In this document: in pieces, positions 28,284 to 36,848 of the stretch
Layout: the number at the start of each line of letters is the position of its first letter
Position numbering within the stretch: the first letter of the stretch is position 1
Assembly (NCBI GenBank): GCA_043759365.1
Contig: JAYVNB010000119.1
Coordinates: 1-43,570, forward strand
Origin: Bacteriovoracaceae bacterium
GTDB lineage: Bacteria > Bdellovibrionota > UBA1018
Direction: 5' to 3'
DNA: 43,570 bases
Translations under genes and position numbers: made by a program
The notes under the pieces: generated by a model
What the model saw: the letters and a program-made list of their open reading frames with translations, nothing else
What the model was told of the DNA's origin: nothing
Databases searched by the model: none

Positions 28284-28973
28284 ATGTTCATATCTGCAAT
28301 GGAATTATCGCTCCATGTGATGCGTCCAGAAAATCCCCTGCCCCAAGATCGGGAGGTTTTTGAACAGTGCTTCAACCTTTGGAAAGAGGTCTGGTCGGCG
28401 ACCTTCCAGGAGCTCGACGGGGATCCCACCATCCATTCAGACGGGTTTTGCAGGCAAACCCGGATGTTGGCGCTCCGGCATGGGTCGCGGGTCGTCGGGC
28501 TGGTGATGCAGCATGATCTTGATTTCTCACTCCCCACGGGACCACTGGACTCCTACTTCAAGATCTGGCCGGAGGGGGCGGTCCAAAAACTCCTACGGGA
28601 CGGTCCACGAGTCATGGTCGGCAGCAATACCACTGTCCATCTGGACTATCGAGGGGACCTCGGAGGCGGTCTGAAGCTGAAGGACCTTCTCGTCGGCGTT
28701 GGGGTGAAGTGTTTCGTGGAAAGCGAATCAGACGTCCTCATGGCGATCATGAGGTGTCAAAAGGGATTGCACAAAACAGCCCACCGCTACGGAGCGGTTA
28801 CCCTTCAAGAGGGGCTGGTGATGCACAACCAGCAGGTGGAGCTGATGGGATTTTATCGACGCCAGCTCTCCAGTCCCGGTGCGCTCGTTCCGGATCTCGG
28901 GGTTGAGGGAGTCTGGAAAAACCGAACTATCCATGATTCCGAAACCGTCTTACTTAGCCAAAGGACCGCCTGA
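28284..28973 (+). CDS. Hypothetical protein, probable GNAT-fold acyltransferase (LuxI/FeeM-like)
   Basis: SDGF..Q..MLAL..G..VVG strand pair and TVHLDYRG motif-A-like segment in GNAT order. Start at 28284 or 28299. Confidence 0.55.
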   Translation: MFISAMELSLHVMRPENPLPQDREVFEQCFNLWKEVWSATFQELDGDPTIHSDGFCRQTRMLALRHGSRVVGLVMQHDLDFSLPTGPLDSYFKIWPEGAVQKLLRDGPRVMVGSNTTVHLDYRGDLGGGLKLKDLLVGVGVKCFVESESDVLMAIMRCQKGLHKTAHRYGAVTLQEGLVMHNQQVELMGFYRRQLSSPGALVPDLGVEGVWKNRTIHDSETVLLSQRTA

Positions 28974-28975
28974 CT

Positions 28976-29626
28976 ATGTTGAACCTGAAGTCGATCGTCC
29001 AAGAACAGACTGCTGCCACGGGGAAACTTCTCCTCACTTTTCCCTGGGAGGACCGTACGGCCTACGCGCAATGGTTGGCGCAGACCTACCATATGGTGAA
29101 CCATTCGACCCGTCTCGTGGCTCTGGCGGGAGGTTTGACACCCTTGGATCGCAACGAGCTTCATGCGAGGTTCGTCGATCACTCCAAGGAGGAGCGAGGG
29201 CATCAATTAATCGCGATCTCGGATCTGAAGGCGTTGGGTTTCCGCATCGATGAACTGCCACGACTCGCGCAATCGGCCGCCATGTACCAGATCCAGTACT
29301 ATTGGATTCAACATCAGGGCCCAGTTTCGTTCTTCGGGTATTCGCTGGCCCTCGAGAGCCTAGCTGCAGCCTATGGACCGGAGATCTACCGGAGGACTTC
29401 GACTGCCCATGGGCCAAAGAGCACTGTGTTCCTGAAGGTCCACTCCGAGGACGACGTCGAGCACACCGACCGAGCGTTCAAACTCCTCGCCACGCTCTCC
29501 GAAGCTGAAGCGAAGCTTGTCGTTGAGAATCTGGAAATTTCATCAGAGCTCTATCGCGGGATGTTGACCGGTATCGTCAGTCGCTTGGGTTTGGAGTTCA
29601 GCGAAGGACGGCAAGCGGCTGCGTGA
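28976..29626 (+). CDS. Heme-oxygenase-like diiron enzyme (HDO / iron-containing redox enzyme family)
   Basis: All-helical; HSKEERGH, ALE and HSEDDVEH (HxxxDxxH) metal-ligand motifs; starts 2 nt after the upstream stop. Confidence 0.85.
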   Translation: MLNLKSIVQEQTAATGKLLLTFPWEDRTAYAQWLAQTYHMVNHSTRLVALAGGLTPLDRNELHARFVDHSKEERGHQLIAISDLKALGFRIDELPRLAQSAAMYQIQYYWIQHQGPVSFFGYSLALESLAAAYGPEIYRRTSTAHGPKSTVFLKVHSEDDVEHTDRAFKLLATLSEAEAKLVVENLEISSELYRGMLTGIVSRLGLEFSEGRQAAA

Positions 29627-30347
29627 GCTCGATCTGACTCGAGTCGGATGGAGAAGGTGAGCGCACCGGCGCGAGTCTCGCCCGATCGATCACGATCGAA
29701 GCACCTGCCGAGCTGGATCCGATCGGGTAGAGGGCGGCTCCCCATTGGAGGGTCAGCTCAATCGCGAATTTGTGGATCGAATGGGTCTCGTGGACCACGT
29801 GCACGGGGACGTCGAGCGGAACGATCCCGACCAATGCGCCAGAGTAGACTCGAGTTGCGAAATCGATCAACTGCGAGCTGATTGAATCCGGTCTCGTGTA
29901 GAGGGTGCTCCAGTGACCGCAATACATTTCCTCGAGCGAATAGCTGCAGAACTCGTAGTAGTTGAAACTCTGGAAAATAGGTTTTCCATCCGGGGAGTGG
30001 ATCTCGATGATGCTGTCGGATTGGATCCGATTAAAGAGATCGGAGGGCGGCCTGAGTCCGAAGGACTTGAGTGCAGCCCAGGTCAAAGTAGGAGCGTCCG
30101 ACATCGAGCCGCCCTGGGAGGCCGCGGACTTGCAGATCGAGACCCGCTGGGAGAGAGCTTGGAGAATCTTGGATTGCTCATCGACATCGAGCGAGCTGAA
30201 TGAAGGCAGGTTCTCGTCATGGTAGGGGATCATGCCGATCCCGGCCTCCTTGGCATAGGACGCGTAACGAGAGGCGAGCTCGATGAAAAGTCTCTTGTTT
30301 TCGGCCAAAAGGTCGGAGTCACCTTGTGCGAACTGAGGGCTGGTCAT
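29598..30347 (-). CDS. Hypothetical cytoplasmic protein with probable PAS-like C-terminal domain
   Basis: Helical N-half followed by IIEIHSPDGKPIFQSFNYYEFCSYSLEEMYCGHWSTLY, resembling the PAS core (d.dG.i...N.af....GYs.eEl.G); no output domain. Confidence 0.6.
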   Translation of the reverse strand: MTSPQFAQGDSDLLAENKRLFIELASRYASYAKEAGIGMIPYHDENLPSFSSLDVDEQSKILQALSQRVSICKSAASQGGSMSDAPTLTWAALKSFGLRPPSDLFNRIQSDSIIEIHSPDGKPIFQSFNYYEFCSYSLEEMYCGHWSTLYTRPDSISSQLIDFATRVYSGALVGIVPLDVPVHVVHETHSIHKFAIELTLQWGAALYPIGSSSAGASIVIDRARLAPVRSPSPSDSSQIELTQPLAVLR

Positions 30348-30424
30348 GGGGCTGGGTATACCTTTATTTTTAGTACACGTCACTAGTTGAATATTTAATG
30401 CGGAATTGGAGCCGCTCCGATCTC

Positions 30425-30461
30425 AGCGGGGACGGTTAGCGGGGACGGTTAGCGGGGACGG
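30425..30461. repeat. 13-bp tandem direct repeat AGCGGGGACGGTT (two full copies and one 11-bp copy)
   Basis: Units at 30425-30437, 30438-30450 and 30451-30461; overlaps the XRE gene stop. Confidence 0.9.
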
Positions 30462-30724
30462 AGGGACCTGATCAGCTGCATGATTTCGGTCGGGGAGACG
30501 TTCAGGAAATTGGAAAAGGCGTAAACGCGCATCAGCGGGATGGCGCGGAGTCCTTCCTCGTATTCCGTCAGCAGTTTGTCGCTGATTTCCAAGTAGGCCG
30601 CAGTGGCGGCGAGGGTTTGCTTCGCCTTCAGCCGCTTCTTCTTCAAGAAGTGACCGAGTTCAGGGTTTGGAGAATCCGTTTGGCTTCGACTGCGGGCTTG
30701 AATCCTGGATTTGGGTGTACTCAT
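30449..30724 (-). CDS. XRE/Cro-family helix-turn-helix regulator
   Basis: LGHFLKKKRLKAKQTLAATAAYLEIS..LLTEYEEG...IP......FSNFLNV. Confidence 0.85.
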   Translation of the reverse strand: MSTPKSRIQARSRSQTDSPNPELGHFLKKKRLKAKQTLAATAAYLEISDKLLTEYEEGLRAIPLMRVYAFSNFLNVSPTEIMQLIRSLRPR

Positions 30725-30826
30725 CGCCAGGGATTCGTAACAATCGAATCCAGGAAATGCACGCTCAATGCGGGTAAAGAAAGGACAACCGCTCGATCGT
30801 ATCCTAACTGTGCGAAGTTCCGGGCA

Positions 30827-32047
30827 GTGAACCCTTACCTTCCTCGACAATTTTCATCTTCCGCTACGGTTTCAGACGAGACTGAGCGACTACGCCAGTT
30901 GCGGACCTGCGGTATCCTGGACTCAGTCCCAGATCCTGCCTACAACGATCAGGCATGGCTGGCTTTGCGTATTTGCGACGCTGAACACGCGTGGGTGAGC
31001 TTCCTCGATTCGGATCGACAATGGATTAAGGCAAGCGTCTCGCGGGAGGGTTCGGAAGCCTTCAAGTATGTCCGGACTTTCCCCAGGGGCGAGTCGTTTT
31101 GTGCCTATACGATCCTGGGAAGCGCTCTGCTCGAAGTCGAAGATGCGTCCATCGACGATCGTTTCAAGTCTTTTCCCATCGTGAGCTCCGACCCCGGCGT
31201 CCGGTTCTACGCGGGAGTGCCGCTGACGAATTCACGCGGTTTCCGTCTGGGCACACTTTGCGTGCTGAGTTCGCAGGTCCGCCGCTTGGACGAGGTGCAA
31301 AGGACCTCTTTGAAGATCCTGGGTACGGTTCTTTCTGGCCTGGTGGATCGGCACGAAAGCCAGAAGATCCGGCTCTTCAATGAAATCGCGGGTTCGATCG
31401 CTCACGAAATCAAAAACCCGCTCTCGGTCATCGTGAGCCGGGCCGGTTACGTGAGGGCACTCGCCGAGAGTGATCGTTTGACCCCGACTCAGACCTCGGA
31501 GTTCATGAGGGGCATCGAAGCGGTTGCAATGCGGATCGATCGTATCGTCAAGGGCATGATCCGGGCTGCCCAGGCCGATCAGACCATGCCGACCGAGCAT
31601 GTGCTGATCAATCGTTTGGTCGAGGACACCCTACCGTTTTGCCGGGGGCAGATGGAGAGGGGTCAGATCGAGTTCCGCTACAAGCCGGCTCCCGCGGATT
31701 GGCAGATGGTATGCCAACCGGAGCGGATTTCCCAGGTTCTCATCAACGTCATCTGTAACGCGATCGATGCGATCAAAAGCGAGGAGCGCCGCTGGATCGA
31801 ATTGGACATCGAGCGCGACTACCGCTTCTTCCGGTTTGCACTGACCGATAGTGGTCCCGGGATTCCCCTCGCGATCCGTGAGCGGATCTTCGATCCATTG
31901 GTGTCTTCCAAGAGCACGGATGAAGGAACCGGTTTGGGACTGAGCATTTGCCGAAGCATCATCGACTCTCACGGGGGCAGGATTTTCTTGGATGAGGAGT
32001 CCAAGGTCACCCGTTTCGTATTCGAGGTCCCCGTCGGAGGAGGATGA
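30827..32047 (+). CDS. Cytoplasmic GAF-domain sensor histidine kinase
   Basis: GAF (ERL..L..CGILDS, SFCAYTI, DDRF, RFYAGVPL, GTLCV); H-box AHEIKNPL, N-box NAIDA, DSGPGI, GTGLGL; no TM segment. GTG start inferred. Confidence 0.92.
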   Translation: MNPYLPRQFSSSATVSDETERLRQLRTCGILDSVPDPAYNDQAWLALRICDAEHAWVSFLDSDRQWIKASVSREGSEAFKYVRTFPRGESFCAYTILGSALLEVEDASIDDRFKSFPIVSSDPGVRFYAGVPLTNSRGFRLGTLCVLSSQVRRLDEVQRTSLKILGTVLSGLVDRHESQKIRLFNEIAGSIAHEIKNPLSVIVSRAGYVRALAESDRLTPTQTSEFMRGIEAVAMRIDRIVKGMIRAAQADQTMPTEHVLINRLVEDTLPFCRGQMERGQIEFRYKPAPADWQMVCQPERISQVLINVICNAIDAIKSEERRWIELDIERDYRFFRFALTDSGPGIPLAIRERIFDPLVSSKSTDEGTGLGLSICRSIIDSHGGRIFLDEESKVTRFVFEVPVGGG

Positions 32048-32051
32048 GCGG

Positions 32052-32390
32052 CTAAGCTTTCTCCATCCAGGAGCGGCCTTCGAAAAACGAGCCGAACTCC
32101 AGGCTGAGCGAGGGAGAGTGGATATCGCCGATCACGCGTCCTGTGGCGGAGACCACCACTTTGGTACGGGCTCGAATCTCCCCTTTGACATAGCCTTCGA
32201 TCATCACGATATCGGCCTGGATCGAGCCTTCGACCCACGCGCTCTCCGCAAGGATCAAGGTGCTTCCATCGGCTGATTCAATCTGGCCTTTGAGGACACC
32301 ATGCACCCGTGAAACGTGCTCGAATCGGATCTTGCCTTCGAGCTGGGTGCCTTCTGCGATGATATTGACGGTATTTTCGGTAATGTTCAT
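32052..32390 (-). CDS. Bactofilin (polymer-forming cytoskeletal protein)
   Basis: IIAEGTQLEGKI, RVHG.L.G.I, VEGSI.AD.V.IEG.VKG.I, G.V.GDI....L....G..FEG. Confidence 0.9.
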   Translation of the reverse strand: MNITENTVNIIAEGTQLEGKIRFEHVSRVHGVLKGQIESADGSTLILAESAWVEGSIQADIVMIEGYVKGEIRARTKVVVSATGRVIGDIHSPSLSLEFGSFFEGRSWMEKA

Positions 32391-33307
32391 GGAGTGGCCT
32401 CGGGCGAAGGCGCACTCGTGGGAACGGGCGCGGCCAGGGGAATCTTCGGAACTGTGGCGACTTTGGCCGCGGGGGATGCGCTTTTTGGGATCACGAGTCT
32501 CTCGATGAAAAGCACCCTTCCTGCTTGATTGAGGATGAGAGCGTCGATTTCACGAATCGAGTCGTGGGAATCGAGCGGTCCGAGTGTAGCCTGCACTTCG
32601 CGGAACCGGCTGACCGAGAAATACTCGCCGCGCATATGATCGATGATCGAGTCGGAAGCGGGCGTCTCCAGGACACCATCCGGGTAGCCCATCAAAAGCT
32701 GTGGGCCGCGCGCAAGCACGATGATGCGGCCAGTTTGGTTGCCGCCATCGGTGGCGGTGTACTGGATGCTGAAGGTCAGTCGCAAGCTTTTGCTTTGCCA
32801 TTGGATATGGATCGGGCTGAGTTTGAACGGAAGTTGCGTGGCATCAGGCAGGGGATCCCGGCTCTTCAGAAGCGGAAGCGAGCCGAAGAAAAGATTGGCG
32901 CCGACGCCTGGACTGGGGGCAAGTACCATCGGTCCGTTCGCAATTGCGGGAGGGGGAACGGCGACCACGATCGGCGGGGCAGCGTGAGAAGGCTCGGCCG
33001 GCGGAGACGTCACTGCTTTGACGGCAACCGGAACGGTGTTGGGGACAGGATTCTTTGCGGCGTTTTGCCCAGCCAGCAGCTTGGCCCGAAGGTCATCGAC
33101 TTCTTCCTCCAGATCCTGGACCTTTCCAGGTCCCAGAGTTCGGGTTTTCCAGTAGAACCAGGCGGCAGCTCCAGCGCTCGTGATTGAAAGAAACACAAGG
33201 ATTCCGAGGAGAATCCCGAATCGCTTGAACCAACCCAGGGAGACGTTGAAATTCCGTGAGGAATAGCCGTCCTTGAAAATGAGTACGTTGACCGGCTCTT
33301 TGTTCAT
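32387..33307 (-). CDS. Bitopic membrane protein (TM, coiled coil, Pro-rich linker, beta-rich domain), bactofilin partner
   Basis: TM FGILLGILVFLSITSAGAAAWFYW; VQDLEEEVDDLRAKL coiled coil; ATGA overlap with the bactofilin start. Confidence 0.7.
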   Translation of the reverse strand: MNKEPVNVLIFKDGYSSRNFNVSLGWFKRFGILLGILVFLSITSAGAAAWFYWKTRTLGPGKVQDLEEEVDDLRAKLLAGQNAAKNPVPNTVPVAVKAVTSPPAEPSHAAPPIVVAVPPPAIANGPMVLAPSPGVGANLFFGSLPLLKSRDPLPDATQLPFKLSPIHIQWQSKSLRLTFSIQYTATDGGNQTGRIIVLARGPQLLMGYPDGVLETPASDSIIDHMRGEYFSVSRFREVQATLGPLDSHDSIREIDALILNQAGRVLFIERLVIPKSASPAAKVATVPKIPLAAPVPTSAPSPEATP

Positions 33308-33378
33308 GACCTCGAAAAGGTTAGCTTTTTGAAATTTGGGTGTCAATTTACGCAGGCATTGAACCGAAGAGCCAAAAG

Positions 33379-35259
33379 ATGAAGATTCTTCTCCTGAATC
33401 CTCTCGTCGACGCAGAGCAACAAATACTCAGACTCCTGAGGGAGAAGGGTATCGGCGTGCTTGTGTCTTCGGACGCCGCAGAAGCCTACGAGATCTTGAA
33501 GCTCCATCACCGGACTATCGAGCTCGCGATCATTCATCGTGAGGACGTACAGGGGAACGGCGAGCCGGGATTCCATTTCATTGATCTCATCAAAAAGGAT
33601 CCAGACCAGTCTGACCTCCCTTACGTGATCACCAGTTCAAAATGGGGTCCCGCCGATTGCGCGAAACACCAGGGTACCTCACAGGGCGCGAATGCCTACT
33701 TTCCGCTTCCAGGGGGCGAATCCCAGGTTTTAGGGGTTCTCGAAAAGATTTTCGAGGAGTCCCTTTCCGCCTTGCCGCAGGGTTCTCAGTCGCCCCCGCT
33801 CCGTGCTCCTACGATGGCGCGGGCTCCGGCAGCGGCCCTTCCTGCTCAGCGTGGCACTGAAGAGGCTCCCGAGTTGGTCCTCGAAGATGTCGCTACTTTG
33901 TTTGAAACGGGCGGACGCTCGGGCACCAGTGGTTCGATCCGCTTGGAAATGCCGGACTTCCTCGAAGAACCCAAGAAGTCGCCTCCCGCCCGAATCGAGG
34001 CTCCTGCGGCAGAAGCGCCCGTCCTGGACCTGATGGCCACTCAGGTTCTTCCTTCCCCGTTTTCCGAGCCTCACAGCGCAAATGTAGAAAACTCCGACGG
34101 GCCTGAGCTAGTCTCCATCGATTCGTTTGGCGAGCTTCCGGAGTCCGGAGAGAGTTTAAGCCAAGAGCCCGAGCGGTATGCGATCGAGCTTCCGGCGGAA
34201 CCGAGCGTCGAGAGTGAATCGCTCCTGGAGGAGCTGCCCGACCCCTCTCCGGCAAGCGAAGGGGGGAGTCTTCTCGAATCCCTTCTCGCGACGGCCCCTC
34301 AGTTTGACGAGCCCTCCGCTTTGCTGGAGATCCCGGTCGAGCCCGAATATTCGCTTGAAGCCGCTCCCGAAGACGACGAGGAGGAGCCTTCTCCGGTGGT
34401 CCGGCAGAAAAAGAAGCGCGCTCGTCCGGGACCTGAAGAAGTATACGACGATGCGGACGATGAGAGCATGATCGCCCGTGAGATGCCCTACCTATTCGGG
34501 GCAGGCTCACAAGGAGTGTCCAAAACATCGGCGTCGGGTTATGATTTCATCCAGCCCTTGGGTGACGCAGTAGTCCCCGGCGGAGCTGTTCACTCCCCGG
34601 ACGTGGAGACGCTCAAGAAGTACCTTCTGCTTCGCGAAGGGGATGTTGCCGCTCTCTCGACCCAGCTCAAGCTCGCCCGCGAGCAAGTGGGTGCGGTCGA
34701 AGGGGCTCTCCAGTTGGAACGTTCGCGCAGCGCGGAGTTTCAAAGGGTGATCGATGACCAGGGTCGGCGGATCGAGGAGTTTGAAAAGGAGAAGAAACTG
34801 GCGCTCGAAGGGTTGCAGGTTGAAATCGACGAACTCAAGTTCCAGACCAAGGCCAAATCTGACCGGGCCAGGGTTTTGGAATCGCATGTCGTCGAAGCGA
34901 CTGACGAGATGGACCGCCTGAAGGAGCGCGTCCGGGCCGACATCCGCAAGATCCGGGTTCGCGAAAAGGAGCTCGAAAACCGTCTCGAAATCATGAAGAA
35001 GGACTCGGAAGCGCTCATTGGGGCCCGCGAGAACAAGATTATCGAGCTCAAGCGGAAAGTCGACTTGCTCGAGTTCAACATGGACCTCCTTCAGGATCAG
35101 CATGCCCGCGAGAAGGAGAACTCCTCCAAGGTCAAGGAACGCCTGGCGCGCGCGCTTCAAGCGGTCCGCGTGGCCGGTGGTCTCTTGGACAACGAGCGGC
35201 CCGCAGTCTCGCGTCGCAAGACCGATGAAGAACCTGGCAGCGAAGCGGAGTCCGCATGA
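33379..35259 (+). CDS. AglZ/FrzS-like protein: pseudo-receiver, acidic Pro-rich linker, long coiled coil
   Basis: Receiver-like N-domain (KILLL, LPYVITSS, GANAYF) lacking the phospho-Asp; about 200-aa heptad-rich C-terminus. Confidence 0.7.
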   Translation: MKILLLNPLVDAEQQILRLLREKGIGVLVSSDAAEAYEILKLHHRTIELAIIHREDVQGNGEPGFHFIDLIKKDPDQSDLPYVITSSKWGPADCAKHQGTSQGANAYFPLPGGESQVLGVLEKIFEESLSALPQGSQSPPLRAPTMARAPAAALPAQRGTEEAPELVLEDVATLFETGGRSGTSGSIRLEMPDFLEEPKKSPPARIEAPAAEAPVLDLMATQVLPSPFSEPHSANVENSDGPELVSIDSFGELPESGESLSQEPERYAIELPAEPSVESESLLEELPDPSPASEGGSLLESLLATAPQFDEPSALLEIPVEPEYSLEAAPEDDEEEPSPVVRQKKKRARPGPEEVYDDADDESMIAREMPYLFGAGSQGVSKTSASGYDFIQPLGDAVVPGGAVHSPDVETLKKYLLLREGDVAALSTQLKLAREQVGAVEGALQLERSRSAEFQRVIDDQGRRIEEFEKEKKLALEGLQVEIDELKFQTKAKSDRARVLESHVVEATDEMDRLKERVRADIRKIRVREKELENRLEIMKKDSEALIGARENKIIELKRKVDLLEFNMDLLQDQHAREKENSSKVKERLARALQAVRVAGGLLDNERPAVSRRKTDEEPGSEAESA

Positions 35260-36848
35260 GTGCAGGCGGGCGAACCAACACGAAAATCCTCCTGATCGAA
35301 GAGGATCCCAAGCAAACCGAGCTCTATTCGGATCTCATCCGGGGAGTCGAGGATTGCCAGATCGACGTGATCGCCGATCCGGAGTCCGCTGCGGAGTGGG
35401 TGGGTCGATTCAGTTACCACCTCGTAGTGATGGATTGCGATGAGATCGGCAACTCCTCCAAGACACTGGGAATCGTGGAAACCATCAAACGCATCAGTCC
35501 GGTCACGAGCGTAGTGATGATCGCTGCTAATGCCACGGTCGAGCAGGCCGTAGCCGCCATCCGGATCGGGGCAGAAGACTATCTTAAAAAACCTTTCAAC
35601 GTTGAATCGTTCCAACTGGCAGTCAAGCGGGGTCTGGATCGAAAAACCGTGTTTGGGGAGAATTCGGGAGCATCGAGCTATCTCAACCTCGTCAACAGCT
35701 GCCAGATGATATCCGCCTCGCTCGAACAGGGTAGGATTTTCGGCATCATCCAGAGCTTCATCCTCAGGGAGCTGCGAAGCGATCACTCGGCGATCTACCG
35801 GATCGACAACGAGAATCCCGTGCGGGTCGAGGAAGGACAGACCGAGTTCCGCCGCGATCACGCGATGGAGGAGATCATCGATATCGCCCTCCACGCTTCC
35901 GGTTCCCTCGGAAAAATGGCTCAAGCCAACGAGGTCTACCGTTTCGTCGACCGCGGGCAGCTCACTCCGGGGCTTTTCGTCTTCCGGTTCCGTTGCGCAG
36001 GGGGGATCGATTTTTTCTGCGTCTGCCTTTCGCCCGAACGTCCCGCCGGGATGGAAGGGTTCGAGAGTCGCCTCAAGCTTCTCAAGGCGCAGATCGAAGT
36101 GACGGGCAAGAACATCGAAGAGTTTCAGGGAGTGCAGAGTCTGGTTTACGTAGACGATGCGACCGGCCTCTACAACACCCGCTACCTTTATAACATCCTG
36201 GATCGCGAGATCGCGCAGGCTCAGATCACTCAAAAGTCGTTCGCGATCCTTTTTCTGGATGGCGACCGCTTCAAGAGCATCAACGACAATTACGGACACT
36301 TGGCCGGAACGAAACTGCTGAATGAGCTCGGAGCGCGTCTTCGCCGCTACACTCGCGACCGAGACACGGTATTTAGATATGGGGGAGACGAGTTCGTGGC
36401 CGTGCTCCCCACTTGCGATCTTGAAACCGCCAAGCGGGTCGCGGAACGGATTCGCAGTTCGATCGAGAAGCACATCTTCCTGCAGGAGGAGGGCCTCAAC
36501 GTCAAGATCACCGTTTCGATCGGCGTAGCGCTCTATCCCGACCACGCCGACTCGATCAAAGCAGTCATCAATTGCGCCGATCACGCGATGTACAGCGCCA
36601 AGAAAACCACTCGCAACAGCGTGTTCATCGCGCCGCTGCCCCCCAAGCCAGGTGCCTCCCCGGGTGTTGATACCCAGGCCATCGTGACGCCCGGGCCGAC
36701 ACCGCTGGAACCCGAGGATGTTGCGGTCGTCTCTCCTCCGACGCCGGCAAGCGTGGCCTCGGCCATCGCAGCCGAGAGCTCCGCGAGTCAGCCGGTTTCT
36801 CCGAAGTCTCTGACCTCCAAGCCCAAAGTGGGTGGCGGCAGTGGATGA
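35256..36848 (+). CDS. REC-GGDEF dinucleotide cyclase, Hypr-type (DgcA/GacA-like) candidate
   Basis: Receiver with LVVMD and DYLKKPF; DDATGLYN, DGDRFKSINDNYGHLAGT, RxxD I-site RDRD, GGDEF at 36381-36395. Confidence 0.9.
   Translation: MSAGGRTNTKILLIEEDPKQTELYSDLIRGVEDCQIDVIADPESAAEWVGRFSYHLVVMDCDEIGNSSKTLGIVETIKRISPVTSVVMIAANATVEQAVAAIRIGAEDYLKKPFNVESFQLAVKRGLDRKTVFGENSGASSYLNLVNSCQMISASLEQGRIFGIIQSFILRELRSDHSAIYRIDNENPVRVEEGQTEFRRDHAMEEIIDIALHASGSLGKMAQANEVYRFVDRGQLTPGLFVFRFRCAGGIDFFCVCLSPERPAGMEGFESRLKLLKAQIEVTGKNIEEFQGVQSLVYVDDATGLYNTRYLYNILDREIAQAQITQKSFAILFLDGDRFKSINDNYGHLAGTKLLNELGARLRRYTRDRDTVFRYGGDEFVAVLPTCDLETAKRVAERIRSSIEKHIFLQEEGLNVKITVSIGVALYPDHADSIKAVINCADHAMYSAKKTTRNSVFIAPLPPKPGASPGVDTQAIVTPGPTPLEPEDVAVVSPPTPASVASAIAAESSASQPVSPKSLTSKPKVGGGSG

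Noticed and set aside
30617-30826. N-terminal extensions of the kinase (from 30617) and the XRE gene (from 30850)
   Set aside because: They overlap each other and lack domain features; starts at 30827 and 30724 leave a normal divergent promoter.
27479-32047. Cassette as a mobile element or prophage remnant
   Set aside because: No integrase, transposase, tRNA or flanking direct repeats were seen.
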